NCBI GenBank assembly: GCA_052325425.1
Contig: JBKQUY010000067.1
Span: 30,123-94,122 of the forward strand
Source: Bacteroidia bacterium
GTDB lineage: Bacteria; Bacteroidota; Bacteroidia; JABEUT01
Direction of reading: 5' to 3'
Length of the DNA: 64,000 bases
The notes under the pieces were generated by a model. That model searched no databases. It worked only from the letters and a program-made list of their open reading frames with translations, and was not told the DNA's origin. The position numbers and the translations under genes were made by a program. The first letter of the stretch is position 1. Every line of letters begins with the position of its first letter. Positions 37,379-48,093 of this stretch are shown one piece after another.

Positions 37379-38519
37379 ACCTGAAAGCCTGCTCTACCTG
37401 GTCATACATTTCAGCCCCACCAATAGTTTCAAACAAAAATAAATCGCCCAAATATTCTCCTGCTGCTAATTGCAATTTTTCAATCGTCCATTTAACCTCT
37501 GTCATGCCTTCAATTACCACTTTTTTGTTTATAAGTCCCGAACCTAAACTGAACAAACGATCCCCTGCCTCGCTGCATAAGGATACAGAAACAAATAATT
37601 TCGAAGAAGCTCCAGTATTGTCTGATTTTATTAATGCGTGAATATTCACCGCATCACCAGATTGAAAGGAACTGACAACTTTGCCTTCTTTATTGGTAAA
37701 CCACACTTTTTGAAACCTGCATTTACCATTTCCCCTCCTATCCTTTCTTTTCGCTATATCGTATTCATGGGTGAGATTTTCATTTATTGTGTAATATGCA
37801 GAAACTACATCGTTAACTTCTCCATCCCGAACTATATGACCTTCACTCAGCAATATACCTCTTGAGCAAAGCCTTAATACTGCCCCCATATTATGACTGA
37901 CAAATAAGATAGTTTTTCCCGATTTACCTATCTCCTCCATTTTCCCCATGCATTTTTTCTGAAACTCTACATCTCCAACGGCAAGTACTTCATCTATTAC
38001 CAATATTTCAGGGTCAAGAAAAGCGGCTACTGAAAAAGCAAGGCGAAGCTGCATGCCGCTGCTGAAATGCTTTAAAGGAGTATCAAGGAATTTCTCAGTA
38101 CCGCTGAAATCAACAATTTCATCGAATTTCGCCTGTATTTCTTTGTGCTTCATTCCCAGTATTGACCCATTCAAATATATATTCTCCCTTCCTGTAAGTT
38201 CGGGATGAAAACCTGTACCAACCTCAAGTAAACTGGCAATTCGCCCTCTCGCTAAAATGCTGCCGGATGATGGGGGCGTTATTTTAGATAGAATTTTAAG
38301 CAACGTTGATTTTCCAGCCCCATTTTTGCCTATTATTCCTATACTTTCGCCCTGGTTTATATTAAAACTCACATTAGTAAGCGCATAAAATTCTTCGGTT
38401 GTTGAGGAATTTGGCTTTAACGCCGATATTATTGAATCGCGCAAGCTCAAATAAGACTGTCTTTCGTGGCTTATACGAAATTTTTTTGAGACATTTTTTA
38501 TTTCAAGTATTGGCTTCAT
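37275..38519 (-). CDS. ABC transporter ATP-binding protein, Wzt/TagH-like polysaccharide exporter with C-terminal glycan-binding extension
   Basis: Walker A GKNGAGKSTLLK, LSGGQ-type signature. About 150 aa C-terminal extra domain. Confidence 0.85.
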   Translation of the reverse strand: MKPILEIKNVSKKFRISHERQSYLSLRDSIISALKPNSSTTEEFYALTNVSFNINQGESIGIIGKNGAGKSTLLKILSKITPPSSGSILARGRIASLLEVGTGFHPELTGRENIYLNGSILGMKHKEIQAKFDEIVDFSGTEKFLDTPLKHFSSGMQLRLAFSVAAFLDPEILVIDEVLAVGDVEFQKKCMGKMEEIGKSGKTILFVSHNMGAVLRLCSRGILLSEGHIVRDGEVNDVVSAYYTINENLTHEYDIAKRKDRRGNGKCRFQKVWFTNKEGKVVSSFQSGDAVNIHALIKSDNTGASSKLFVSVSLCSEAGDRLFSLGSGLINKKVVIEGMTEVKWTIEKLQLAAGEYLGDLFLFETIGGAEMYDQVEQAFRFVVDEGDFHGTGTVQTKGRDTFFVDFEIEYNKFG

Positions 38520-38522
38520 TTT

Positions 38523-39338
38523 TTATGCCAAATCGGCAAAATACACTTCAGTTTTCCTGAAATAATATAAACCCGTTACAAAAAAGAATAAGGCTGAACC
38601 AATACTGATTCCCAATAAATTAAATTGCAATGGCTGTCCGCTGATACCATACCGGAACAGTTCTATAGCGCTGTACATTGGATTAACAGCTAATAGATAT
38701 TGCCAACGTTGGGCAACAATGGAGATTGGGAGAATTACCGGAGTAACAAATAATAAAGTCTGCACCATAAATGGAATAACATAACGAAAATCACGGTATT
38801 TTACATTTAATGCAGCTAAAAATGAACCAATACCAAAAGTAGAAATTGAAGTAACCAGTAAACTTACTATAAGCATTAATGGAAACCACAGTATCGAAAT
38901 ATGAATTTTATAGTAAATAAGAATGGCAACAAACACAACAAAAGCCATTATAAAATCGAAAAGCGAAACCAGCACCGATGAAATGGGAATAATTAGCCGG
39001 GGGAAGTAAATTTTCTTAATAATATTGGCATTTGTAACCATGCTGTTTCCTGCACCGGTTAGCCCGGTGGAAAAAATATTCCATAATATGAGTCCCGAAT
39101 AAGAAAAAACCCTGTATGGAAGACCTTCCTGGTTGCCTTTGCCGAAAAAAAAACTGAAAATAACCATAAGAAGCAATGGCTGAAATATTGCCCATGCAAA
39201 CCCAAAGAAAGTCTGCTTATATTTTACTTTCACATCCCTCCAGGTAAAGAAAAAGAAAAGCTCGCGATATTGCCAGAGTTCCTTTATGCCAAGGCTTAAC
39301 TTTTCATGTGGTTTTATCTCATATTCCATATTTTGCAA
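38523..39338 (-). CDS. ABC-2 type transporter permease (Wzm-like)
   Basis: 271 aa, 6 TM helices. Immediately upstream of wzt. Confidence 0.85.
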   Translation of the reverse strand: MQNMEYEIKPHEKLSLGIKELWQYRELFFFFTWRDVKVKYKQTFFGFAWAIFQPLLLMVIFSFFFGKGNQEGLPYRVFSYSGLILWNIFSTGLTGAGNSMVTNANIIKKIYFPRLIIPISSVLVSLFDFIMAFVVFVAILIYYKIHISILWFPLMLIVSLLVTSISTFGIGSFLAALNVKYRDFRYVIPFMVQTLLFVTPVILPISIVAQRWQYLLAVNPMYSAIELFRYGISGQPLQFNLLGISIGSALFFFVTGLYYFRKTEVYFADLA

Positions 39339-39483
39339 ATATACGATTATCCTCTAAAACCTCTTATTAATCAAAGCAGAACTGTTTTTGGGGAAACCCA
39401 AAAATTTTATTGCGTTTTTCTAACCTTATTCTATTTCTCAAAAATAGTATACATTTGTATCAATCATTAAATAACTATTTGGC

Positions 39484-40038
39484 ATGTATAAAATAACAAT
39501 TATAGGTGGTCTGATTTGCGCGGTTTTTTCATTAAATTCATGTAAACAAAACTCAAATACTGAAGCAGAAGCTGAAGCTCCTTTGGCAGCGGGAATGATT
39601 CGCATTGACCTTACTACGGAAGGTGTACCAGCTACAATTGATATGCCTGATACAACTCAGCACGCCCATGTAATTGAAACGTTGCCTTCCGGTGAAGTGC
39701 ATATTACTCTCGACAGATGGTTTAACATTACGGTTAATGTTTCAGGCATGAATATGGACAGGAAGAAAAAAGACATTGCCGGTGATGATGTGGATAAATT
39801 TCAGAGCTGGGTTGTCCAGGACAGCAGCTCTATTTTGTACAAAACCCAGATGGTTAATGAAGAATATCATTTCTACGCGATTATAAAAAAGGGTGGTAAA
39901 ACTTTCTATGCGCAGGATCATTCACAGGGTGCAGATGGTAACGTTACCTACTTCAGCGAGCCGCAAATTCAGGCTATGCTGACTGCTGCCAAGACACTTA
40001 CCCCCGTAAAACCTGCAGCGCGTGCTGCCAAGAGTTAA
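39484..40038 (+). CDS. Hypothetical lipoprotein
   Basis: Signal plus lipobox LNSCKQ. 184 aa. Confidence 0.65.
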   Translation: MYKITIIGGLICAVFSLNSCKQNSNTEAEAEAPLAAGMIRIDLTTEGVPATIDMPDTTQHAHVIETLPSGEVHITLDRWFNITVNVSGMNMDRKKKDIAGDDVDKFQSWVVQDSSSILYKTQMVNEEYHFYAIIKKGGKTFYAQDHSQGADGNVTYFSEPQIQAMLTAAKTLTPVKPAARAAKS

Positions 40039-40055
40039 TTACAGAGAGGTTAAGT

Positions 40056-40349
40056 TCATTTTTTGTCGATAACCTTCGGGGCTTTAATGTAGTCAGAATC
40101 CTTTTTGGGCGCGTTCTTCAGCGCTTCCTGCTGCGTAATTTCCTGTTTCACTTCGTCATTGCGCATTACATTGGTCGAATCGCTCATGTACACAAGGGGT
40201 TCAACAGATGATGTATCGAGTTCGTTAAGTTTTTCCACAAAGCTTACAATGCGGTTAAGGTCGTTTATAATCTCGCTGCGCGAAACATCATCAAACTCCA
40301 ATTTTGCGAGCTCGGCAAGTTTATCAACTGTTTTCGAATCAATTTTCAT
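40056..40349 (-). CDS. gatC: Asp-tRNA(Asn)/Glu-tRNA(Gln) amidotransferase subunit C
   Basis: 97 aa. Conserved N-terminus VDKLAELAKLEFDDVSRSEI. Confidence 0.85.
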   Translation of the reverse strand: MKIDSKTVDKLAELAKLEFDDVSRSEIINDLNRIVSFVEKLNELDTSSVEPLVYMSDSTNVMRNDEVKQEITQQEALKNAPKKDSDYIKAPKVIDKK

Positions 40350-40365
40350 ATTACAAAATTACATT

Positions 40366-41532
40366 TTAATATACCGGCATGTAAGGATACCTTACACTAT
40401 ACTGTTTCCTGACATTCTCCAATAAAACCGACCTCAATTCTTCAATATTCGTTTTATTGGCGGCAGATATAAATACGCAGGGTGCATGAGACTTTTCTAT
40501 AAACGAATTTTTAAATCCTTCCAGGGAAAGAGGAACATTCTCTCCTTCATCATTCTGATAGCGGTACAAATCCATCTTATTGAAAACAAGCAATGAAGGT
40601 TTATCCGCGCAGTGAAGCTCAGTCAGGGTTTGGTTAACTATCCTGATATGTTCCTCAAAGGAAGGGTGCGAAACATCTACCACATGCAACAATAGGTCAG
40701 CTTCCCTTACTTCATCAAGCGTTGACTTAAACGCTTCAATAAGAAAGGTGGGTAACTTCCTTATAAATCCTACCGTATCGGAAAGCAGGAACGCTGTATT
40801 GTCAAATGTTACTTTCCTCACAGTGGTATCGAGGGTGGCAAAAAGCGCGTTCTCGGCAAACAGGTTCGAATGGCTCAGCAGGTTCATCAAAGTTGATTTG
40901 CCTGCATTGGTATAACCCACCAGCGAAACACGGATGAGTTGCCCCCTGTTTCTGCGTTGCGTGGTCATTTGCCTGTCCACCTCGCTGAGTCTTTCCTTGA
41001 GCAAGGCTATGCGCTTACGAACACGCCTGCGGTCAGTCTCTATTTCCGACTCACCGGGGCCGCGTAACCCTATACCGCCCCGTTGTTTTTCAAGGTGTGT
41101 CCACATGCCGGTAAGGCGTGGCAACAGGTATTCATATTGTGCAAGCTCAACCTGGGTTTTGGCGTAGGCAGTCTGGGCCCTGTCGGCAAAAATATCGAGG
41201 ATAAGGCCTGTGCGGTCGAGTATTTTGCGCTTTAATTCCTTTTCAATATTACGTTGCTGTGAAGGTGAAAGCTCATCATCAAAAATTACCAGGTCAACTT
41301 CCGGGTGTTCTTCTATGTATGCTTTAATCTCTTGCACTTTACCCCGGCCAATAAGGTATGCCGGGTCGAACTGGTGAAGGTTTTGGGTAAAAACTTTCAC
41401 CGGGGTGGCTCCCGCCGTGCTGCAAAGCATGGTAAGTTCATCTAAAAACTCGGTGAGTTGTTCTTTACGCTGGTCTTTGTGGCAAATACCTACTAATATC
41501 GCTTTCTCCCTGCCCTTAATACGTTCAATCAT
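40366..41532 (-). CDS. hflX: GTPase HflX
   Basis: HflX N-domain plus G-domain GYTNAGKSTLMN, DTVGF. Confidence 0.9.
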   Translation of the reverse strand: MIERIKGREKAILVGICHKDQRKEQLTEFLDELTMLCSTAGATPVKVFTQNLHQFDPAYLIGRGKVQEIKAYIEEHPEVDLVIFDDELSPSQQRNIEKELKRKILDRTGLILDIFADRAQTAYAKTQVELAQYEYLLPRLTGMWTHLEKQRGGIGLRGPGESEIETDRRRVRKRIALLKERLSEVDRQMTTQRRNRGQLIRVSLVGYTNAGKSTLMNLLSHSNLFAENALFATLDTTVRKVTFDNTAFLLSDTVGFIRKLPTFLIEAFKSTLDEVREADLLLHVVDVSHPSFEEHIRIVNQTLTELHCADKPSLLVFNKMDLYRYQNDEGENVPLSLEGFKNSFIEKSHAPCVFISAANKTNIEELRSVLLENVRKQYSVRYPYMPVY

Positions 41533-41689
41533 AACACAAATACAGAATATCGAATATTGAACAAGGAATAATGAACTCCGAAGTTGGAGGACAAATTGCC
41601 TTCAGTTCTAACATCACAATTATTATTATCTCTATTCATTCTATTTTTTACTTCATTATTCGAAATTCAATGTTCAATATTCAAGGATA

Positions 41690-42154
41690 TTAAAACCACG
41701 GCCTTTGAACAGGAATGAAAGGCACAGGAAATGGCCAGGGAATGGATATGAGAATAACCAATAAGGCAATTAAAAAATAAATAAACGACCTGCGGAACTT
41801 ACCTGCATCTGTTGCAGCTTTCTTGCCACTTATACGGCCTATAGTAATTAGCGCAATAGCTATTATCATCATCACAGAGTGTTCCATCGTAAAAAATCGT
41901 GTTGTATTACGTGTTGCATTATCTTTAATAGCCTCAACGCCCATTTTCACCCAGGGGCTTACAAAGTACATTACCAGGCCAACCAGCAATTGGGTATGGG
42001 CTGAAATCATAAGGAAAAGACTTATTTTGTTATCAGATGGCGCCCAGGCCCGTTTTGACATCAGGCCGCCTAACGATTTAATGATTGCCGCCAACAGCAA
42101 AATGAGGATTATCCAACGTAAAATGGAGTGAATCTGAATTAATATACCAAGCAT
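41690..42154 (-). CDS. Hypothetical membrane protein (4 TM)
   Basis: Hydrophobic profile only. Confidence 0.55.
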   Translation of the reverse strand: MLGILIQIHSILRWIILILLLAAIIKSLGGLMSKRAWAPSDNKISLFLMISAHTQLLVGLVMYFVSPWVKMGVEAIKDNATRNTTRFFTMEHSVMMIIAIALITIGRISGKKAATDAGKFRRSFIYFLIALLVILISIPWPFPVPFIPVQRPWF

Positions 42155-42265
42155 GATTTTAGTTTTAGATACAAAGTTAGCAGATTTAAATTATAGTTGA
42201 CAATTGAAAATGGGCGGATTCAGTAATTATCAAATCAATCACACCTCCCAACGATTAGTCGGGAT

Positions 42266-44899
42266 TTACAACTTCACAAACTTCACCACCTGCGATGAGG
42301 TATGGGTTGTAACCTTAACAAAATAAATTCCTGTTGACAAATTAGCTATATTCATTGACCATTCACCATTCACCATTGACAATTCAGAATGCACTTCCCT
42401 TCCTGTTACATCCACTATGCTTATCCTTGCAGCCTCCGCTTTTGTACCATCGAATCTGATATTAAGAGTTTCATTGGCCGGATTCGGATATACCTTTAAG
42501 CCCTCAACATTTACTAATTGCTGAACTCCTTTTATTATGGTATTATGCTGTGTATTGCTGCGCGTGGTCGTATTATTGACTTTCTCTGGCCTTATATAGG
42601 GCAAAGGGCAGCCTGAAACATCTAAAATAGCTTCAACAAACCATCTGCCTTTTGGATAGTTGGCATAATTGGGGTCAGATATTATATTCTGCAAACCGTT
42701 CACCGATGCTATCGAATCCCAGTTGCCATTGCTTATCGAATCGCGGTACAATATATAGGTTAATACAGGCGTAGGGTTGCCCTCTATCAAATACCCTGTG
42801 CCCGGCCAGCTAAATGTCCCTGCATTGTTTTGTATCCACATGGCATTATGCCATATACTGGAAAGGGTATCGCCGCAAGAGTCAACCGACACTAATTTAT
42901 ACCTTACGGTACTCACATTAGGGTTATTCACTTTATCTTCAAAATATTCTTTTCCCCTGTAGGGAACCTCGCCAATACTAGCCCATTGCAATGAACTGTT
43001 CAGGTAATATATTCTTATACTGTCAACATGCTGCATATTATTGGTATCCCATACTAAAATATTAAATTGTGAACCTGTATCTACCGATGCTTCGCATAAG
43101 CTGATATTGGTAGCAACAGCCTGGGGAGTTATTGTAATGCTATTCTTTACCGTGCATCCTGTAATAGTTGCAGTTACAATATAGTTTACTTGCTTGCCTT
43201 CGAGTTTGCATATAGGGTTAACAATATTTGCATTATTCAAATATGCTGATGGGCTCCACACTATGCTGCTGGCAGAAGGAGTGCAAACTGCATTTAACTG
43301 TATGGTATTGCCGCAGGTAATAGCAGTATCGTGCCCGGTTTGAATGGTAGGTACAGTGAGACATATAGTTGCAGTGTCACTACAACCAAAACTGTTTGTC
43401 CCCGTTACAGTAAAGCAGCTTGTAACCATAGGGAATACCGTTATACCTGAACCTGTTCCAAGGCCATTGCTCCACGAATAAGTTAAAGCGCCATTGGCTG
43501 TAAGTAAAGCTGATTCGCCCGGACATACGGTTGTTGACGAAGCAGAAACACTTACCGTTGGCGTTGGGTTTACAGTTATATAGGCTGTTTTTGTTAAACT
43601 ATCAGAGCCTGCTGCATTAGTAACTACAAGTTTCACAGTATATTTCCCAGGTGTATTGTAATCTACAGTAGGATTACGGGCAGAAGATGTATCCGGTGTT
43701 CCGCCAGCAAATGCCCATTTCCAGTTTGCCGGTTTATAGGTAAGGGTGCTATCCGATTCATCTATAAATTGGACCATGCCACCGGAGCATACATTGGAAT
43801 CTACGGCAGCAAAATTGGCTTTAGGTGGGTAAACAGTATATACTTCACGAATGCGGTTATTACCGCTATCTGACAAAAAAATGTTGCCCGAAACATTTAC
43901 GGCAACTTCCAGGCTTTGTAATTCTGCTGTCGTAGCAGGACCTCCATCACCGCTAAAACAACAAGCGCCATCTCCAGCTATAGTATTAATAATGCCTGCG
44001 GTACTAACTTTGCGAATTCGGTGGTTCCAATCTGCTATATACATATTGCCCGAATTATCTAAAGTTATGCCTCTAGGGCTTACTTCTGCTGAAGTAGCCG
44101 GGCCGCCGTCTCCTAATCCACTGCTTCCCCCACCTGCCACTGTGCTAATAATGCCTGCTGAATTAACTTTGCGAACACGGTTATTATAGCAATCTGCTAT
44201 ATATATATTATCAGAGTCATCAACAGTTAATCCCCATGGACCATTAAATTCTGCTGTAGTTGCGGCTATTCCATCTCCATTGTAACCGGATAGGCCATTG
44301 CCTGCTACAGAGCTTATAAAGCCAGAAGTATTCACTTTTAAGATGCGGTTATCGCCTGCATCCGCTATAAAAATATTACCTGTAGCATCCACAACAACAT
44401 CATAAGGAACATTTAATGCCGCCATAGTAGCTTGTCCATTGGTGTCCGGATTTCCACTACCCCCGGCTACGGTGCGTATAATACCGGAAGTACTCACCAT
44501 GCGGATACGACGATTACCGTTATCCGCTATATACATACTGCCAAAAGCATCTACAGCTATCCCAGTGGGATAATTTAATTCTGCGGCTGTAGCCGCTCCT
44601 CCGTCTCCTCCATATCCTCCGGTACCATTTCCCGCCACAGTGCTTATAATGCCTGAAGTATTAATCTTGCGGATGCAGTTATTGCGGTTATCCGCAATAT
44701 AAACATTGCCTGAACCATCAATTACTATCCCGGCAGGGAACGATAATTCCGCTGCTGTTGCGGCACCCCCGTCTCCACTATAGCCGTTTGAACCATTCCC
44801 TGCAATTGTGTTAATAATTTGCACCTGGGCGTGAATAAGTGAAAAACTAAAAGTGAAAAGTGAAAAACAAAGCAATACGTTTTTTGTAAATGTTTTCAT
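42266..44899 (-). CDS. T9SS cargo: NHL-repeat beta-propeller plus PKD domain protein with C-terminal sorting domain
   Basis: Six YIAD-NRIRKV-type NHL blades. PKD-like segment GKYTVKLVVTNAAGSDS. C-terminal LKVYPNPANETLNI...GIYFVKVTT tail. Start set at MKTFTKN. Confidence 0.85.
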   Translation of the reverse strand: MKTFTKNVLLCFSLFTFSFSLIHAQVQIINTIAGNGSNGYSGDGGAATAAELSFPAGIVIDGSGNVYIADNRNNCIRKINTSGIISTVAGNGTGGYGGDGGAATAAELNYPTGIAVDAFGSMYIADNGNRRIRMVSTSGIIRTVAGGSGNPDTNGQATMAALNVPYDVVVDATGNIFIADAGDNRILKVNTSGFISSVAGNGLSGYNGDGIAATTAEFNGPWGLTVDDSDNIYIADCYNNRVRKVNSAGIISTVAGGGSSGLGDGGPATSAEVSPRGITLDNSGNMYIADWNHRIRKVSTAGIINTIAGDGACCFSGDGGPATTAELQSLEVAVNVSGNIFLSDSGNNRIREVYTVYPPKANFAAVDSNVCSGGMVQFIDESDSTLTYKPANWKWAFAGGTPDTSSARNPTVDYNTPGKYTVKLVVTNAAGSDSLTKTAYITVNPTPTVSVSASSTTVCPGESALLTANGALTYSWSNGLGTGSGITVFPMVTSCFTVTGTNSFGCSDTATICLTVPTIQTGHDTAITCGNTIQLNAVCTPSASSIVWSPSAYLNNANIVNPICKLEGKQVNYIVTATITGCTVKNSITITPQAVATNISLCEASVDTGSQFNILVWDTNNMQHVDSIRIYYLNSSLQWASIGEVPYRGKEYFEDKVNNPNVSTVRYKLVSVDSCGDTLSSIWHNAMWIQNNAGTFSWPGTGYLIEGNPTPVLTYILYRDSISNGNWDSIASVNGLQNIISDPNYANYPKGRWFVEAILDVSGCPLPYIRPEKVNNTTTRSNTQHNTIIKGVQQLVNVEGLKVYPNPANETLNIRFDGTKAEAARISIVDVTGREVHSELSMVNGEWSMNIANLSTGIYFVKVTTHTSSQVVKFVKL

Positions 44900-45035
44900 G
44901 TTGTACCAATAAATTTTAATACAGCGATAAGTACTAAATACCAAATGTATAGTATTATTCTCAAATATCCTTTGATAAATGAACTTTTTTTACCTGATAC
45001 CTTGCTGATATTATTAAAGGGAACGCCTAATGAAT

Positions 45036-45707
45036 TTACTGCTTTATTATCTTATTGCTGCTTGCATATTGCCCACCTGATATTTGCAACAAATACATCC
45101 CCGAAGCAAAGGATTGCATATCAATAGCTTGTTCTGAATTATATTCAGCTGTTTTAGCTGTCCTCCGGTAAACACATTCCCCCATCATGTTAAATAGCCT
45201 TACCTCTACTTCCGGTCCAGCACAATTTATGGTATAATGTAAATTATCGGTAACAGGATTTGGCCACGACTTTATTTTGATATTATTTACAATGTTTTTA
45301 ATGCCGGTCTCAACACGAATATATACTTCAGTATCATTGCCGCCTTTTATCCCTGTAAAATCATTGTAAATCCAATAAACATTGGTAATAGTATCGTAAT
45401 CCGGAGAAATTGATACCTGGGAGCCTTGCCTTAAATTTGGGTCCCCACTGTGGAAATTATATAAAACGCAACCGTTAATAGTACAGTTTGAAGTATCTAT
45501 ACCCCCTATCCTACCTGGTGTAGTGTCAGTATCGAAATACACCAAAAAAACAGCACCGGAGCCGGTATTTTCAGTATCGAGGACAAATCGGGCAGGAGTA
45601 GCGCCATCCATATAATTTCCCAGTATTTTATTTAGACATTGGGCAAAAGATTCACCATTAAAGACTAAAATTACAATAAGCAACAGATAAAATCTTTTAT
45701 GTTTCAT
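45036..45707 (-). CDS. T9SS cargo: small secreted protein with C-terminal sorting domain
   Basis: Signal peptide. C-terminal SWPNPVTDNLHY...GMYLLQISGG tail. Start set at MKHKRF. Confidence 0.75.
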   Translation of the reverse strand: MKHKRFYLLLIVILVFNGESFAQCLNKILGNYMDGATPARFVLDTENTGSGAVFLVYFDTDTTPGRIGGIDTSNCTINGCVLYNFHSGDPNLRQGSQVSISPDYDTITNVYWIYNDFTGIKGGNDTEVYIRVETGIKNIVNNIKIKSWPNPVTDNLHYTINCAGPEVEVRLFNMMGECVYRRTAKTAEYNSEQAIDMQSFASGMYLLQISGGQYASSNKIIKQ

Positions 45708-45901
45708 GGTTATATAATTCTTTATAAAGATATACATTTCTCACAAATGATTGTCAGTTTGGCAGTAAATAACATCTTTGATAAATCCGTGAAAATCCGC
45801 CTAATCCGTGTCATCCGCGTTCCATTGCAATTCCCAGCCATATTTTTCGTAGCTTTGAACTGTAAGATTATTTATCTGAACGTGATAAAACAAAACTTAT
45901 T

Positions 45902-46354
45902 ATGAAAGAAATTGGAAAAGCGCTATATAATCTTCAGCGGTTTCAAATAATAGAGACTAAATTAAACCCTCAGACCCATAACCTTATACCCGACCATTAT
46001 GCTTATGCCTGGTATGTGGAGCTTTTCCCTTTATATGATGAAATGTCATTACATAAAGACTTAGAACCCTATTTTACTATTACAAGAAAGCAGATAGAAA
46101 AAATAAAGAAACGCGCTGATGACGAGTGGTTAAAGGAAAGGATGCATAGTTTTTATGACTATGAAGATTATTTCGGGAGCAGGACCGATAATAAAGATGG
46201 TATTACCCGAGCTGTGCTTATCAAGGTTTTCAGGTATATGTACCTGAAAAAGTTCTGGGATGAAATCTTCTGGAAAAAATTGCTTGAGCCGGCAAAGTTT
46301 CCCGCCGAAGCAGAAATCATACATTCAAAATCAAGAGTACTCTCCCTTTTGTAG
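45902..46354 (+). CDS. Hypothetical cytoplasmic protein (150 aa)
   Basis: No recognisable motif. Followed by a hairpin. Confidence 0.55.
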   Translation: MKEIGKALYNLQRFQIIETKLNPQTHNLIPDHYAYAWYVELFPLYDEMSLHKDLEPYFTITRKQIEKIKKRADDEWLKERMHSFYDYEDYFGSRTDNKDGITRAVLIKVFRYMYLKKFWDEIFWKKLLEPAKFPAEAEIIHSKSRVLSLL

Positions 46355-46370
46355 TTTAGGAGTAAGGAAC

Positions 46371-46402
46371 AAGGAGTAAGTAAATCCAACTACTTACTCC
46401 TT
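46371..46402 (+). terminator. Hairpin aaggagtaagta-N8-tacttactcctt embedded in a ACTCCTTATCC-type repeat tract
   Basis: 12 bp stem. The surrounding tract 46355-46445 repeats ggagtaag / cttactcc words. Confidence 0.4.
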
Positions 46403-46481
46403 ATTCCTTACCCCTTATCCCTTACGACTTACTCCTTATCCCTGATATTTTTATACCTTTGCCCACCTATAAAAAAACTCA

Positions 46482-47069
46482 GTGAGTAATCCAGGTAATA
46501 CATCTATACATCCTACCGCTGTTGTTGATGATGGCTGCAAAATTGGCGAAGGAACCAAAATATGGCATTTCAGCCATATAATGCCCGATTGCGTTATCGG
46601 TAAAAACTGCAATATTGGGCAGAATGTAGTGGTATCTCCGGGTGTAGTGCTGGGTAATAATGTTAAAGTTCAGAACAATGTTTCCCTTTACACAGGCGTT
46701 ATTTGCGAAGATGATGTTTTTTTAGGCCCCTCTATGGTATTTACCAACGTGGTAAACCCGCGCAGCGCTATTGTCCGCAGAGGGCAATATGCAAAAACAG
46801 TGGTCAAAAAAGGGGCCTCCATTGGGGCTAATTCAACCATAGTTTGCGGCCATGATATTGGCGAATACGCGTTTATAGGCGCCGGAGCCGTGGTAACAAA
46901 GCACATTAAGCCATACGCCCTGGTGGTGGGCAACCCTGCCAGGCAAACAGGCTGGATGAGCGAATATGGCCATCGCCTTAATTTTGATAAAAACGGGATT
47001 GCCGTTTGCCCCGAAAGCAAAGAAAAATATAAGCTCGATAACGGAGAAGTGCATAAAATAAAGGAATAA
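46482..47069 (+). CDS. Left-handed beta-helix (hexapeptide) sugar N-acetyltransferase (WbpD/FdtC-like)
   Basis: 195 aa, hexapeptide repeats throughout. First gene of the block. Confidence 0.85.
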   Translation: MSNPGNTSIHPTAVVDDGCKIGEGTKIWHFSHIMPDCVIGKNCNIGQNVVVSPGVVLGNNVKVQNNVSLYTGVICEDDVFLGPSMVFTNVVNPRSAIVRRGQYAKTVVKKGASIGANSTIVCGHDIGEYAFIGAGAVVTKHIKPYALVVGNPARQTGWMSEYGHRLNFDKNGIAVCPESKEKYKLDNGEVHKIKE

Positions 47070-48091
47070 TGAACGGCAATAAAATAAAATTCGGGGTAAT
47101 AGGATGCGGCCATATTGGCAAGCGCCATGCCGAAATGATTAGCAGGGATAAAGATTGCGAACTCGTTGCCCTTTGCGATGTTCTTCCTAAGGAAAAGCTG
47201 GGACTTGAAGCATATCCTGAAATTCCGTTCTTTTCATCAGCAGAAGACATGCTCTCTTCCGGAATTGATATGGATGTGGTTTCTATATGCACACCTAATG
47301 GATTGCATGCGGCTCATGCTTTAAAAGTGCTTGAAGCAAGAAAACATGCAGTGTGCGAAAAGCCTATGGCTTTAAAAAAATCAGACTGCGAGGAGGTTAT
47401 ATTTAAAGCCTTGCAGGTACACCGCCAGGTATTTTGTGTAATGCAAAACCGCTACTCGCCACCGGCAGAATGGCTGAAAGAACTGGTTGAATCGAAAAAG
47501 CTCGGCGATATTTACATGGTGCAGCTTAACTGCTACTGGAACAGGGATGAACGGTATTATAAGCCCGGAACATGGAAGGGCAAAAAAGATATGGACGGTG
47601 GGGTATTGTTTACCCAATTCTCTCACTTTATTGATATGATGTACTGGATATTCGGCGATATAGATAAGATAAAGGCTCATTTCTTCAACTTTAACCACCA
47701 AAAGAGCACGGAGTTTGACGATAGCGGTGTGGTAAGTTTTCATTTTACCAGGCAGGGTATGGGATGCATTAACTTTTCTACATCGGTGTGGGATACCAAT
47801 TTTGAAAGCAGCATTACCATTATAGCTCAAAATGGTACGGTTAAAGTCGGAGGGCAATACATGGATAAAATTGAGTATTGCCATATAAAAGATTATTCCA
47901 TGCCAAAGTTGGCGCCCACCAACCCAGCCAACGACTATGGCGCATACAAAGGCTCTGCCGCCAACCATCATTATATTATCGAAAATGTTGTAAAAACGCT
48001 GAAAGGAAACTCATCAGTTACAACCAATGCCCTTGAAGGAATGAAAGTTGTAGATATAATTGAAAGGATTTACGCTGCCAAAAACCAATAA
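47069..48091 (+). CDS. Gfo/Idh/MocA family oxidoreductase (WbpB-like nucleotide-sugar 3-dehydrogenase)
   Basis: N-terminal Rossmann fold FGVIGCGHIGKRHAEM. Confidence 0.85.
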   Translation: MNGNKIKFGVIGCGHIGKRHAEMISRDKDCELVALCDVLPKEKLGLEAYPEIPFFSSAEDMLSSGIDMDVVSICTPNGLHAAHALKVLEARKHAVCEKPMALKKSDCEEVIFKALQVHRQVFCVMQNRYSPPAEWLKELVESKKLGDIYMVQLNCYWNRDERYYKPGTWKGKKDMDGGVLFTQFSHFIDMMYWIFGDIDKIKAHFFNFNHQKSTEFDDSGVVSFHFTRQGMGCINFSTSVWDTNFESSITIIAQNGTVKVGGQYMDKIEYCHIKDYSMPKLAPTNPANDYGAYKGSAANHHYIIENVVKTLKGNSSVTTNALEGMKVVDIIERIYAAKNQ

Positions 48092-48093
48092 AC

